From: an uncultured Clostridia bacterium
GTDB taxonomy: Bacteria > Bacillota > Clostridia > Lachnospirales > Lachnospiraceae
NCBI GenBank assembly: GCA_947347075.1
Contig: CANADC010000019.1
Location: 18,929 to 82,928, forward strand
Length of the DNA stretch: 64,000 nt
Direction of reading: 5' to 3'
Shown here in pieces: positions 28,064 through 37,078 of this stretch. Positions within the stretch are counted from its first letter, which is position 1. Every line of letters begins with the position of its first letter. The notes beneath the pieces are model-generated. The model was not told the DNA's origin. It did not search any database and worked only from the letters and a program-made list of their open reading frames with translations. A program made the translations under genes and the position numbers.

Positions 28064-28324
28064 GGGGGAGGGGACGCTAGAGTTTGGAAGCAATTCTTTT
28101 TTGCTGTTCCGCTCTCCGAAAAGTAAGAACGGCTAATGCCTCTGAGTTTAGGTGCATCTGACCGGACGGATCGGCACGCAATTCGCCTCTGCAGGAGGCT
28201 AAACACGTGCCTTTTTTTGCCATTTGGAAATGGCAAAAAATCCTAGTGGATCGACAGAGGCATAAGACGTTCTAACTTTTCTCCGAAGTCACAGCAAAAA
28301 AGAATCGCTTCCCAACTCTGGCTG
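28064..28324 (+). repeat. Structured repeat family A, copy A3
   Basis: Begins 8 nt after the histidine-kinase stop codon. Outer stem AGAGTTTGGAAGCAATTCTTTTTTGCTG / CAGCAAAAAAGAATCGCTTCCCAACTCT and inner stem AGAACGGCTAATGCCTCTG / CAGAGGCATAAGACGTTCT. Confidence 0.8.
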
Positions 28325-28534
28325 TTTTTTCCTGTATTTTTATTGATAAAAAGAATAAAAGGCGAGATGGAGCTGCTTGGGAATGGGTATTGTTAGGTTG
28401 AAAAAGGAAATTTGCATTGTGAAAATGTAAAATCAGGTTGTGAAAATGCAGATTTCGTGATATATTAGGAGAAGAGAGGAAAGCAGGACGGGAATTTTTT
28501 GTAAATTTTATGAATAGAGTGAGAGGTAAGAAGG

Positions 28535-29257
28535 ATGAAAAAGAGACTATGTACTGTGTTATGTGCAGCAACGATACTTTTAACAGGCTGCGGAGCAGTG
28601 GAATTGACAGATAGTGAAAGTGATCTAATAGCAGAGTATGCAGCAACTGTATTATTAAAATATTCAAATACCTATCAGCCTAAATTGCAGGACGAAGTAA
28701 TAGAGACTATTCCGAATATTTATATTACACCAACTGCTCCGGCAGATATATCACAAAACGGACAGGGCGGGCAGATATCGCCGAATCTTCCTGTTTCTAC
28801 GGAGGCACCGGCAAAGAATCTTTCGGAAGCGGTAGGGATTGCAGCGGAAGGATTTGAGGTAGAATATGCCGGGTATGAAGTGACGAATACATATCCGAAT
28901 ACAGGAGATGCTTATTTTGCAATGAGGGCAACGCAGAATAAACGGCTGCTGGTTATGAAGTTTGATATTACCAATCGGACGGGAGAGGAAAAAGAGTGCG
29001 ATATTTTATCCAAAGAGAGAACTTACCGGTGTCGGGTAAATGATACGGAACGATTTGGGGCACAGCTTACTATGTTACTGGATGATTTGGCTTCTTTTAA
29101 GGAAGTATTTGCAGCAAATGAAACGAAACAGGCAGTTTTAATTTTCCAAATACCGGCAGAATATGAAGGCACGATTACTACTTTAGATTTAACCGTGCGT
29201 GGAGAAGGCGAGAGTAATAGTTATAGTTATCATTCGGATTCCGCTGCCTCAGAATAA
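28535..29257 (+). CDS. Putative lipoprotein
   Basis: Signal peptide with lipobox LLTGC (MKKRLCTVLCAATILLTGCG). 240 aa. Confidence 0.6.
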   Translation: MKKRLCTVLCAATILLTGCGAVELTDSESDLIAEYAATVLLKYSNTYQPKLQDEVIETIPNIYITPTAPADISQNGQGGQISPNLPVSTEAPAKNLSEAVGIAAEGFEVEYAGYEVTNTYPNTGDAYFAMRATQNKRLLVMKFDITNRTGEEKECDILSKERTYRCRVNDTERFGAQLTMLLDDLASFKEVFAANETKQAVLIFQIPAEYEGTITTLDLTVRGEGESNSYSYHSDSAASE

Positions 29258-29711
29258 AGAAATAAAAATAAAGATAAGTAGATTTGTTTGGGGTCTGGTA
29301 ACGGTTTAACAACATTTATAATATTATGTACGAAATAATTACATCTAAAGGTATGTGAAAAACCTTGTTGATTTTCAGATATAGAGACTGAATATCAGCA
29401 AGGTTTTCTTTTTTCTCCATTTTATGAAATTCTTCTGTAAGTATATTACTGACTGCCTGTGAAGGGATTTTCGCCCAATGCCTTTTGCAAGGTTGTGTTT
29501 TGGTGCTTTCGTTTTGGTTTTATACTGTGCCATACGAATATTAAAGGTTTTTCCTATAGTCTAAGCTGAAATAATGCAACTTAATGGAAAAAGTATTGTA
29601 ACTTCAATATATATTTGTTATGATAAAAATAAAAAGGTGGTATTAGATTATGTCCTTCTCATATAAACCGCTATGGAAATTACTAATTGATTATGATATG
29701 TCGAAAAAGGA

Positions 29712-29831
29712 TTTAACCTCATTAAGGGAGTCCCCCGCTTCTAAGCCGTCAAGGCGAAAGCGGTGGGTTGGGACTTCCTTGATGAGGTTATGAGCAAGTA
29801 GCGAAGCGGATTGCGAATATCCGATTTGACT
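29712..29831 (+). repeat. Repeat family B, short form (no inner hairpins)
   Basis: TTTAACCTCATTAAGGGAGTCCCCCGCTTCTAAGCCGTCAAGGCGAAAGCGGTGGGTTGGGACTTCCTTGATGAGGTTATGAGCAAGTAGCGAAGCGGATTGCGAATATCCGATTTGACT. Confidence 0.8.
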
Positions 29832-29882
29832 TGTAAAGTTGACGATGTTATCCAACATTGCCAAGATAGGAGGAATATTTGA

Positions 29883-30881
29883 GTGGATAAAATAGATTTT
29901 GAAAATATTCATTTATATTGTGGGGATGCGATTAGATTATATAGTAAATGGAAAACTCCAGTTGTTATAATCTGTGATGGACCATATGGCGTAAATGGAT
30001 TTCCAGGAGATTTAGTTTCATATAAAGGACTTGCAGAGTGGTATGAGCCACATATAAAAAAATGGAGTTCTTTTGCTACACCGCTTACAACGTTATGGTT
30101 TTGGTGTACTGAGGTTGGTTGGGCAACGGTTCACCCTATGTTAGAAAAATATGGCTGGGATTATGTTTCTTGCTGCGTATGGGATAAAGGAATGGGACAT
30201 GCAGCGGGAAATACAAATACTAAAACGATTAGACATTTGCCTGTAGTTACAGAAGTGTGTGTTCAATATGTAAAAAAGCCTATCTTTATGGTAGGAGAGG
30301 TTCAAATGACAATGAAAGAATGGCTGCGCTATGAATGGGAACGTACAGGGCTTCCATTTTCAAAAACAAATGAAGCTTGTGGAGTGAAAGATGCCGCAAC
30401 AAGAAAATATTTTACAAAATGTCATTTATGGTATATGCCGCCTGCAGAAGCTTTTGAAAAGATTGCAGTATATGCAAATACATTTGGAGCAGATAATGGA
30501 AAACCATACTTTTCTTTAAATGGTAAAACCGTTATAACAAAAAAAGAGTGGGCACAGATGCGTTCAAAATTTTATTGTCCTATTGGTGTAACAAATGTAT
30601 GGCAGGTTCCACAGTTGAGAGGGCACGAACGCTTGAAAATTAACCAAAAGGCAATACATCTAAATCAGAAACCATTGGAATTGATTAAACGTACCATAGA
30701 AATGGTTTCTGATGTTGGTGATGTGGTTTGGGATCCATTTGCTGGATTATGTACAACAGCGGTTGCTTCAACTGAGTTGGAACGAATTTGTTTTTGTGCA
30801 GAAATCAATCATGATGTATATAATATAGCAGTAGAACGAGTAAAAAACAGTTTACAGGATGGTTTTCAATGCGTTCTCTAA
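29883..30881 (+). CDS. DNA methyltransferase, N4/N6-MTase family, beta class
   Basis: GTG start with RBS AGGAGG. Motif IV-like ICDGPYGV (a DPPY variant) lies near the N-terminus and motif I VWDPFAGLCTTAVAS (DPFxGSGTT) near the C-terminus. That order is typical of beta-class amino-MTases. AT-rich relative to flanking genes. Confidence 0.7.
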   Translation: MDKIDFENIHLYCGDAIRLYSKWKTPVVIICDGPYGVNGFPGDLVSYKGLAEWYEPHIKKWSSFATPLTTLWFWCTEVGWATVHPMLEKYGWDYVSCCVWDKGMGHAAGNTNTKTIRHLPVVTEVCVQYVKKPIFMVGEVQMTMKEWLRYEWERTGLPFSKTNEACGVKDAATRKYFTKCHLWYMPPAEAFEKIAVYANTFGADNGKPYFSLNGKTVITKKEWAQMRSKFYCPIGVTNVWQVPQLRGHERLKINQKAIHLNQKPLELIKRTIEMVSDVGDVVWDPFAGLCTTAVASTELERICFCAEINHDVYNIAVERVKNSLQDGFQCVL

Positions 30882-31733
30882 CTTTTTTTCATCTTTTGAG
30901 GATAAAATTTCACTCCATTGTTTGATTGTCATACTATGAAAAACAGTATTTAAAACATGGGTTTTAAATTGTTCAATTTCCTCATGTTCTATACGGTCGA
31001 TTTTGGCATAATTAGTATCAAGTCTATAAATAAATTGTCCGTATAGAGTTCTTAGAAGTCGTTGATATTCTGGGGCAGGGCTGTATCTTTGGGCATCTTT
31101 TCCCCATGTTTCAACAATGGAAAATGCAGCTTTAGCATCGCATTTATCTGATTGTAATTTATAACCATTCGTGTTGGTTTGCTGCAAATTAGTGGTACGT
31201 TCAGAGGTGTCTTCTGGTTCAAAAACAAGATAGTCAGGTGGTTTATGGTAGTGGGAATCTCTTGCTTCTGCAACACTCTTACCGCTAACTATAAGGACAT
31301 CAATAATTTGAGGCTTTCCCCAAATAACATTCTCTGGTAGCCATGCAATTAGTGCCATATCTATATTATCTTGTGCAAAAATCGTTACACTGTCCTTGAA
31401 GCGTGCTGTAATTTCTGTTGCAAAAGGAAACCATGCTTTAATTTCGATACCAGGGTTAGGTTGGATTATGCTACTCTTGAAAAGTGCATCAGGGAAACCA
31501 GGATCTTGCCTTATCCATTCACCTACGCCATTCCAGTCGTGTTTATTTAATAAGTCAATTGTAGAAAATTCAATCATATTTCCCAACAATGGAGAAAGTT
31601 TTGAGATAACTTTTGCGAGTTGTTTTGCGTATGCTAATGTTGCTGGACGTTTGATATCTAGTACATCAATCAAATGACTGTCTAAAGAAGATAATTCTTT
31701 TTTGGCGGCATCTAGAATATCTCTACTATTCAT
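30852..31733 (-). CDS. Hypothetical protein; candidate type II restriction endonuclease partner of the MTase
   Basis: 293 aa with RBS AAGGAG 8 nt before ATG. Convergent with the MTase and overlapping it by 30 nt at the 3' end. No motif confidently recognised (possible D...E.K near IDMALIAWLPENVIWGK). Confidence 0.4.
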   Translation of the reverse strand: MNSRDILDAAKKELSSLDSHLIDVLDIKRPATLAYAKQLAKVISKLSPLLGNMIEFSTIDLLNKHDWNGVGEWIRQDPGFPDALFKSSIIQPNPGIEIKAWFPFATEITARFKDSVTIFAQDNIDMALIAWLPENVIWGKPQIIDVLIVSGKSVAEARDSHYHKPPDYLVFEPEDTSERTTNLQQTNTNGYKLQSDKCDAKAAFSIVETWGKDAQRYSPAPEYQRLLRTLYGQFIYRLDTNYAKIDRIEHEEIEQFKTHVLNTVFHSMTIKQWSEILSSKDEKKLENALKTIL

Positions 31734-31962
31734 TAAGGTTACTCCTTTTTACAATTAATTCATTTTAGTATATCATGAAAACAGAGTTGAGAAAAGTAGT
31801 GACTTTTGAAAATATTGTAATATAAAATAATAATATATATTTAATCGTAAGAATGGATTGATAAATAGAAAATAATATGTTGCAAAGAACTTTTATTTTT
31901 TTAAAAATAGGAAATGGGAAATGACAAATGATATATTAGTAATTTTCAATATTTTAACCTCA

Positions 31963-32066
31963 TCAAGGAAGTCCCCCGCTTCTAAGCCGCCAAGGCGAAA
32001 GCGGTGGACTTCCTTGATGAGGTTATGAGCAAGTAGCAAAGCGGATTGCGAATATCCGATTTGACT
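31963..32066 (+). repeat. Repeat family B, short form
   Basis: TTTAACCTCATCAAGGAAGTCCCCCGCTTCTAAGCCGCCAAGGCGAAAGCGGTGGACTTCCTTGATGAGGTT...GCGGATTGCGAATATCCGATTTGACT. Direct orientation with the copy at 29712. Confidence 0.8.
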
Positions 32067-32224
32067 TGTTCTATATTTTGAGAAGACAAAATACAAATCT
32101 CTTGTTTTTTCTTAATGAAGTATTTAGAGTGGAAAAAATCTCCTTATTAAATTTTGTATATTTCGGATAGATTAAGAAGATACTATCTTGAAGAAAAATA
32201 AAAAATAAGGAGAAGGTGGGAGGA

Positions 32225-33643
32225 ATGGATAAGACAGATCAACTGAATTTTCAAAATACCTTAAAACGGTTCCAGCAGCTTTTGCGGACAGAGGATAGTT
32301 TTGATATTTTATATAAAGAACTTTTGATTGGTGAGCGAAATGCAGTTTATTTTTTTGTAAATGGTTTTGTAAAAGATGACGATATGCAGAAGTTAATGGC
32401 ATCTTTTGTTAGTATTAAAAAAGAGGATATGCCGTCCGATGCAGCAGGATTTTCTAAAAAATATTTGTCTTATTTAGAAGTGGAGTTAGAGACAAAAGAG
32501 GATACGATTATAAAAAATGTACTTTCTGGTGTGGTTGCAATGTTTGTAGAGGGGTATCAGGAAGCTTATCTGATTGACTGCAGAAGTTATCCATCAAGGG
32601 GAGTAGAGGAACCGGAAAAAGACAGGGTAATGCGTGGTTCTAGGGATGGATTTGTAGAAACGATGGTATCCAATACGGCATTAATTCGCCGCCGAATTCG
32701 AAGTACGGAATTGACAAATGAGATCTATACAGTGGGGCGTTCTTCTAAGACGGATATAGCTGTTTGCTATATGAGAGATCGTGTCGATCCCGAATTTTTA
32801 AAGGAGTTGATTCAGAGGATTAAAAAAATTGATATTGATGCATTGACTATGAATCAGGAGAGTTTGGCGGAATGTCTCTATAGAAGGGGATGGTGGAATC
32901 CGTTTCCGAAGTATAAATATACCGAGCGTCCAGATACGGCAGCGGCATCGATATTGGAAGGAGGGATTGCGGTTTTAGTAGATAATTCTCCTTCTGCTAT
33001 GATTCTGCCTTGTTCGGTATTTGATATTTTAGAGGAAGCAGATGATTATTATTTTCCTCCTGTTACAGGGACTTATCTTAGAGTGTCACGATTTATTATT
33101 ACGATCTTGACAATGATTTTGACACCTACTTGGCTGTTGCTTATGAAAAATCCAGAGTGGGTTCCAGAATGGCTTGCGTTTATCTTTCCGGCTGAAGAGA
33201 TACAGGTTCCTTTGATTTGGCAGTTGATTATTTTGGAATTTGCGATTGATGGGTTGCGGCTTGCGGCTGTGAATACACCTAATATGCTTAGTACGCCTTT
33301 AAGTGTAATTGCGGGTTTAGTATTAGGGGATTATGCGGTACAGTCGGGGTGGTTTAATTCGGAGTCTATGCTTTATATGGCTTTTGTGGTGTTGGCAAAT
33401 TATTCGCAGCCTAGTTTTGAACTGGGGTTTGCACTTAAGTTTATGCGGTTGATTACCTTGCTGCTTACACAAATATTGGATGTTTGGGGATATGGATTTG
33501 GAATTTTGTTTGCGGTATTTTGTATTTGTCAGAATCGCACGCTTTCGGGAAAGAGTTATTTGTATCCGTTGTTTCCTTTTAATGGACGGGAGTTTTTAAG
33601 GCGGTTTGTGCGGATTAGTCTGCCTCAGACGGAGAATAAATAG
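32225..33643 (+). CDS. GerA-family spore germination protein (GerAA/SpoVAF-like)
   Basis: 472 aa. N-terminal soluble domain typical of the GerA family (DILYKELLIGERNAVYFFVNGFVKDDDMQKLM) followed by several TM helices. Confidence 0.7.
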   Translation: MDKTDQLNFQNTLKRFQQLLRTEDSFDILYKELLIGERNAVYFFVNGFVKDDDMQKLMASFVSIKKEDMPSDAAGFSKKYLSYLEVELETKEDTIIKNVLSGVVAMFVEGYQEAYLIDCRSYPSRGVEEPEKDRVMRGSRDGFVETMVSNTALIRRRIRSTELTNEIYTVGRSSKTDIAVCYMRDRVDPEFLKELIQRIKKIDIDALTMNQESLAECLYRRGWWNPFPKYKYTERPDTAAASILEGGIAVLVDNSPSAMILPCSVFDILEEADDYYFPPVTGTYLRVSRFIITILTMILTPTWLLLMKNPEWVPEWLAFIFPAEEIQVPLIWQLIILEFAIDGLRLAAVNTPNMLSTPLSVIAGLVLGDYAVQSGWFNSESMLYMAFVVLANYSQPSFELGFALKFMRLITLLLTQILDVWGYGFGILFAVFCICQNRTLSGKSYLYPLFPFNGREFLRRFVRISLPQTENK

Positions 33644-33747
33644 AATAGGTATAATATATTTTATACTAAGTTTTTCATTTATTGTAGAGTTTCGATTGTT
33701 TGGAGTGGTTTGGGATTGTTTGATTTAGAATTGTTTTGGGTAGTCCT

Positions 33748-33892
33748 GACGCTCGCCCTAAGGGATCTTTCTTTGCTGGGGCCGTTTGCACTAAGGCTTC
33801 CTCGCAGCGGACACATAAGGCACGAAAAGACCGTGCCTAAGTGCCGGCGGGAAGCAATACCCCTGCAAAGAAAGATCCCTTAGGGCGAGCTG
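33748..33892 (+). repeat. Structured repeat family C, copy C3
   Basis: Family C core flanked by perfectly complementary 26-bp arms GCTCGCCCTAAGGGATCTTTCTTTGC / GCAAAGAAAGATCCCTTAGGGCGAGC. Confidence 0.8.
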
Positions 33893-33905
33893 TTTTGTAT
33901 CTTAT

Positions 33906-34013
33906 TTTAACCTCATCAAGGAAGTGCAGACTTTAGACTTTCATTGAAAAGTTGCGATAGTGGCTATGAGGTTATGAGCGAGTAGTGAAGCGGATTGCGA
34001 ATTTCCTTTGATT
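33906..34013 (+). repeat. Repeat family B, divergent short variant
   Basis: TTTTAACCTCATCAAGGAAGTGCAGACTTTAGACTTTCATTGAAAAGTTGCGATAGTGGCTATGAGGTTATGAGCGAGTAGTGAAGCGGATTGCGAATTTCCTTTGATT. Confidence 0.65.
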
Positions 34014-34215
34014 TTTATGCTTTAGTGAAAAATTTCCTATGTTTTACATGGAATATTATATTTATAATAAAATATAGTTGAAAAATTTTAAGGCTGCTTT
34101 TATAATAGAGATGGTAAATAGATCGGAGAGGAAAAATATGGATTTCTCTCCGCATTTTTATATAAAATAGGCGATATATTTTTAATTTAAAGATTTAGGA
34201 GGTTAAATTAAATCC

Positions 34216-34482
34216 GTGTTTTTATTTTTTAAAGATCTGAAAAATAAAGCAAAGAAAAATGCTCAGTTAGAGACAATTTTACAAAAGATACAAATGAATA
34301 TGTCTAATAATTATAAAGACGCAGCACAAGAAAATTTAAAGGAATTTCAAAAGGTTTTTCAGGAATATCTTGATGCAAATAAACTGGATGAAAAACAGAA
34401 AGAATATTATCAAGAAAAATTGTCCAATTTATTAGTACAGATGAAACATTATACACATAAAGATCAGAAAACAACTTGGTAA
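34216..34482 (+). CDS. Hypothetical small helical protein inside a repeat-bounded unit
   Basis: 88 aa with GTG start. AGGAGG lies 13 nt upstream. Lys/Gln-rich and predicted helical. Possibly non-coding. Confidence 0.3.
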   Translation: MFLFFKDLKNKAKKNAQLETILQKIQMNMSNNYKDAAQENLKEFQKVFQEYLDANKLDEKQKEYYQEKLSNLLVQMKHYTHKDQKTTW

Positions 34483-34524
34483 AGCGATTCTATCAAACAT
34501 TCCGTTGAGATAGACAGATTGTAG

Positions 34525-34648
34525 CTGCTGGTGAATCCCTGCAGGGGTATTGCTTCCCGCCGGCACTTAGGCACGGTACTTTCGTGCCTTATGTGTCCGC
34601 TGCGAGGAAGCCTTAGTGCAAACGGCCCCAGCAGGGATTCACCAGCAG
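34525..34648 (-). repeat. Structured repeat family C, copy C4 (inverted relative to C3)
   Basis: Reverse-complement family C core flanked by the arms CTGCTGGTGAATCCCTGC / GCAGGGATTCACCAGCAG. Confidence 0.8.
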
Positions 34649-34842
34649 ATGCAATCGTCCAGATCGCCATAAACAATCATTCGGCTCACTATAAATAACT
34701 TTCTGGCTCACTATAAACAATCAGATTACTATTCGATCGATTCGAATTAAGGTCTTGTCAGATAATAGAAAATCTGCTACAATCGTATATATGTTCGATT
34801 AATCGAAGCAGGTTTGTAATACTATGGGTAAGGAGAACCACA

Positions 34843-35451
34843 ATGATTTATTATATTAAAGGGGAATTAAAAGAAGCTGGTACCGATTTTGCAGTTGTAG
34901 AGAATCATGGAATCGGGTATTTGATACGGGTTCCTGCTGCTGTTATTACTAAGCTTCCGGCAGTGGGCAGCGAAATTCAGATTTTTACATATCTCTATGT
35001 AAGGGAAGATATTTTGGATTTATATGGATTTTTAAATAGAGATGACATGAATATTTTTCGGCTTCTTTTAGGGGTAAGCGGGATAGGTCCAAAGGGAGCT
35101 TTAGCCATTCTTTCTACCATTTCTGCAGATGAACTGCGGTTTGCCGTATTGGCGGGAGATGCGAAAACGATTGCAAAAGCACCTGGAATCGGAAACAAGA
35201 CAGCACAGAAGATGGTAATTGAATTAAAGGATAAATTAAAGTTAGAAGAAGCATTTGAGCAGAAGATAGCAAATGAGGAGAAGTCGTCCTTGGGACAGAC
35301 TGCAGAGATTCAGAATGAGGCGGTGCAGGCATTGACGGCTTTAGGATATAGTCCGACAGATGCTCTTCGTGCGGTTCGTGCGGTAACAGTGACAGAAGAA
35401 ATGACAGTAGAAGCGTTGCTAAAGGCTTCTTTAAAAACGATCAGTCGGTAG
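34843..35451 (+). CDS. ruvA: Holliday junction branch-migration complex subunit RuvA
   Basis: 202 aa. Helix-hairpin-helix motif region [14 protein letters not shown]...[14 protein letters not shown]. Immediately upstream of ruvB. Confidence 0.9.
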   Translation: MIYYIKGELKEAGTDFAVVENHGIGYLIRVPAAVITKLPAVGSEIQIFTYLYVREDILDLYGFLNRDDMNIFRLLLGVSGIGPKGALAILSTISADELRFAVLAGDAKTIAKAPGIGNKTAQKMVIELKDKLKLEEAFEQKIANEEKSSLGQTAEIQNEAVQALTALGYSPTDALRAVRAVTVTEEMTVEALLKASLKTISR

Positions 35452-35467
35452 GACGGAAGGGTTATAT

Positions 35468-36457
35468 ATGGCAAAGAGAATTATAACAACAGAGCTGACA
35501 GAAGAAGACAGCAGTGTGGAAAATCATCTTAGACCACAGCTTTTAAAGGACTATATTGGACAGGCAAAGGCAAAGGAAAATCTTAAAATATATATTGAGG
35601 CTGCAAAGAGCCGGAAGGAGCCATTAGATCATGTATTGTTTTATGGCCCTCCCGGACTGGGGAAGACGACACTTGCAGGAATTATTGCCAATGAGATGGG
35701 AACAAATATGAAGATTACTTCTGGCCCTGCGATTGAAAAACCGGGGGAAATAGCGGCTATTTTAAATAATCTGCAGGAGGGAGATGTGCTGTTTATTGAT
35801 GAAATTCATCGGTTAAACCGGCAGGTGGAAGAGGTACTCTATCCGGCAATGGAAGATTTTGCAATTGATATTGTGATTGGAAAGGGGGCTACGGCACGAT
35901 CGATTCGGCTGGATTTGCCAAAGTTTACTCTGGTGGGGGCTACGACTAGGGCAGGACTTTTAACGGCACCTCTTCGGGATCGGTTTGGGGTGATTCATCG
36001 ATTGGAATTTTATACGCCGGAAGAACTGCAGACAATTTTACTTCGCTCAGCTAAGGTATTGAAAGTGGAGATAGAGCCGGCAGGGGCAATGGAGATGGCT
36101 AGAAGGAGCCGGGGGACTCCTCGGCTTGCCAATCGGCTGTTGAGAAGAGTGCGGGATTTTGCACAGGTGAAGTATAATGGGGTGATTACGGAGAGCGTGG
36201 CAAATTTTGCTTTGGATTTGCTGGAAGTGGATAAGTATGGACTAGATAATAGTGATCGGATGTTTTTGCTTACTTTGATACAAAAGTTTGCAGGAGGTCC
36301 CTGTGGATTGGATACGTTGGCAGCGGCATTGGGAGAAGATGCGGGGACCTTAGAGGAAGTGATTGAGCCTTATCTGATTCAGAATGGATTTTTGCAGCGG
36401 ACACCTCGCGGAAGAATTGTAACAGATCTGGCTTATCAGCATTTGGGATTAAAATAA
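35468..36457 (+). CDS. ruvB: Holliday junction branch-migration ATPase RuvB
   Basis: Walker [12 protein letters not shown]. Walker B/sensor LFIDEIHRL. Typical RuvB length of 329 aa. Confidence 0.9.
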   Translation: MAKRIITTELTEEDSSVENHLRPQLLKDYIGQAKAKENLKIYIEAAKSRKEPLDHVLFYGPPGLGKTTLAGIIANEMGTNMKITSGPAIEKPGEIAAILNNLQEGDVLFIDEIHRLNRQVEEVLYPAMEDFAIDIVIGKGATARSIRLDLPKFTLVGATTRAGLLTAPLRDRFGVIHRLEFYTPEELQTILLRSAKVLKVEIEPAGAMEMARRSRGTPRLANRLLRRVRDFAQVKYNGVITESVANFALDLLEVDKYGLDNSDRMFLLTLIQKFAGGPCGLDTLAAALGEDAGTLEEVIEPYLIQNGFLQRTPRGRIVTDLAYQHLGLK

Positions 36458-36577
36458 TAAGGAGAAGGAAAATTTTGGAAAAGAAAATCCTCTTATAAAG
36501 TGCTTGTGCTTTTTTCTGAAATTGATTATAATAAGGTTTAATAACAGAGGAAGAATGATACAGGGAGAGGATACTGG

Positions 36578-37042
36578 ATGGCACTAAAGAACAATGTACA
36601 GGTGGTTATTGACGGAAAAGTATATACATTAAGCGGATATGAAGACCCGGAATATCTAAATAAAGTGGCTGCATATATTAATGCGAAACTTTCTGAGGTA
36701 CGTATGGCAGAGGGATATAAACGTCAGAACCGAGAGGTACAAAATATCCTAATGTATCTAAATGTGGCAGATGATTATTATAAAGCAAAGAAAAGTGCAG
36801 ATACAGCAAGTTTGGAATTGGAGGATCGCAATAAGGAGATTTCGAATTTAAAACATGAGTTAGTAGGATTAAAGATTCGTATGGAGGAGGAAGAACTGGA
36901 ATTGGAAGCTCTTCGAAGGACAGTGAGTGAACAGGAGAAGACGATTATTCGTTTAGAGGCAGAAGCAACACATACGAAAACGGTACAAAAGGAAGAGAAA
37001 AGTAAAGATGGGCAGCATAAGAATGAAAAACAGGATAAATAA
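36578..37042 (+). CDS. zapA: Cell division protein ZapA-like
   Basis: N-terminal VVIDGKVYTLSGYEDPEYLNKVAAYINAKL matches the ZapA fold signature. Coiled-coil C-terminus. Confidence 0.6.
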   Translation: MALKNNVQVVIDGKVYTLSGYEDPEYLNKVAAYINAKLSEVRMAEGYKRQNREVQNILMYLNVADDYYKAKKSADTASLELEDRNKEISNLKHELVGLKIRMEEEELELEALRRTVSEQEKTIIRLEAEATHTKTVQKEEKSKDGQHKNEKQDK

Positions 37043-37078
37043 GAATAGAACATGTCATGTCATTCTCAGGAGAAAGAC

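Noticed and set aside
28064-28324. Family A central hairpin as a rho-independent terminator
   Set aside because: The GCCATTCGAGAATGGC stem is preceded by a U-run and followed by an A-run on both strands. A canonical intrinsic terminator needs the U-run 3' of the stem. Terminator function cannot be excluded but is not supported by the sequence form.
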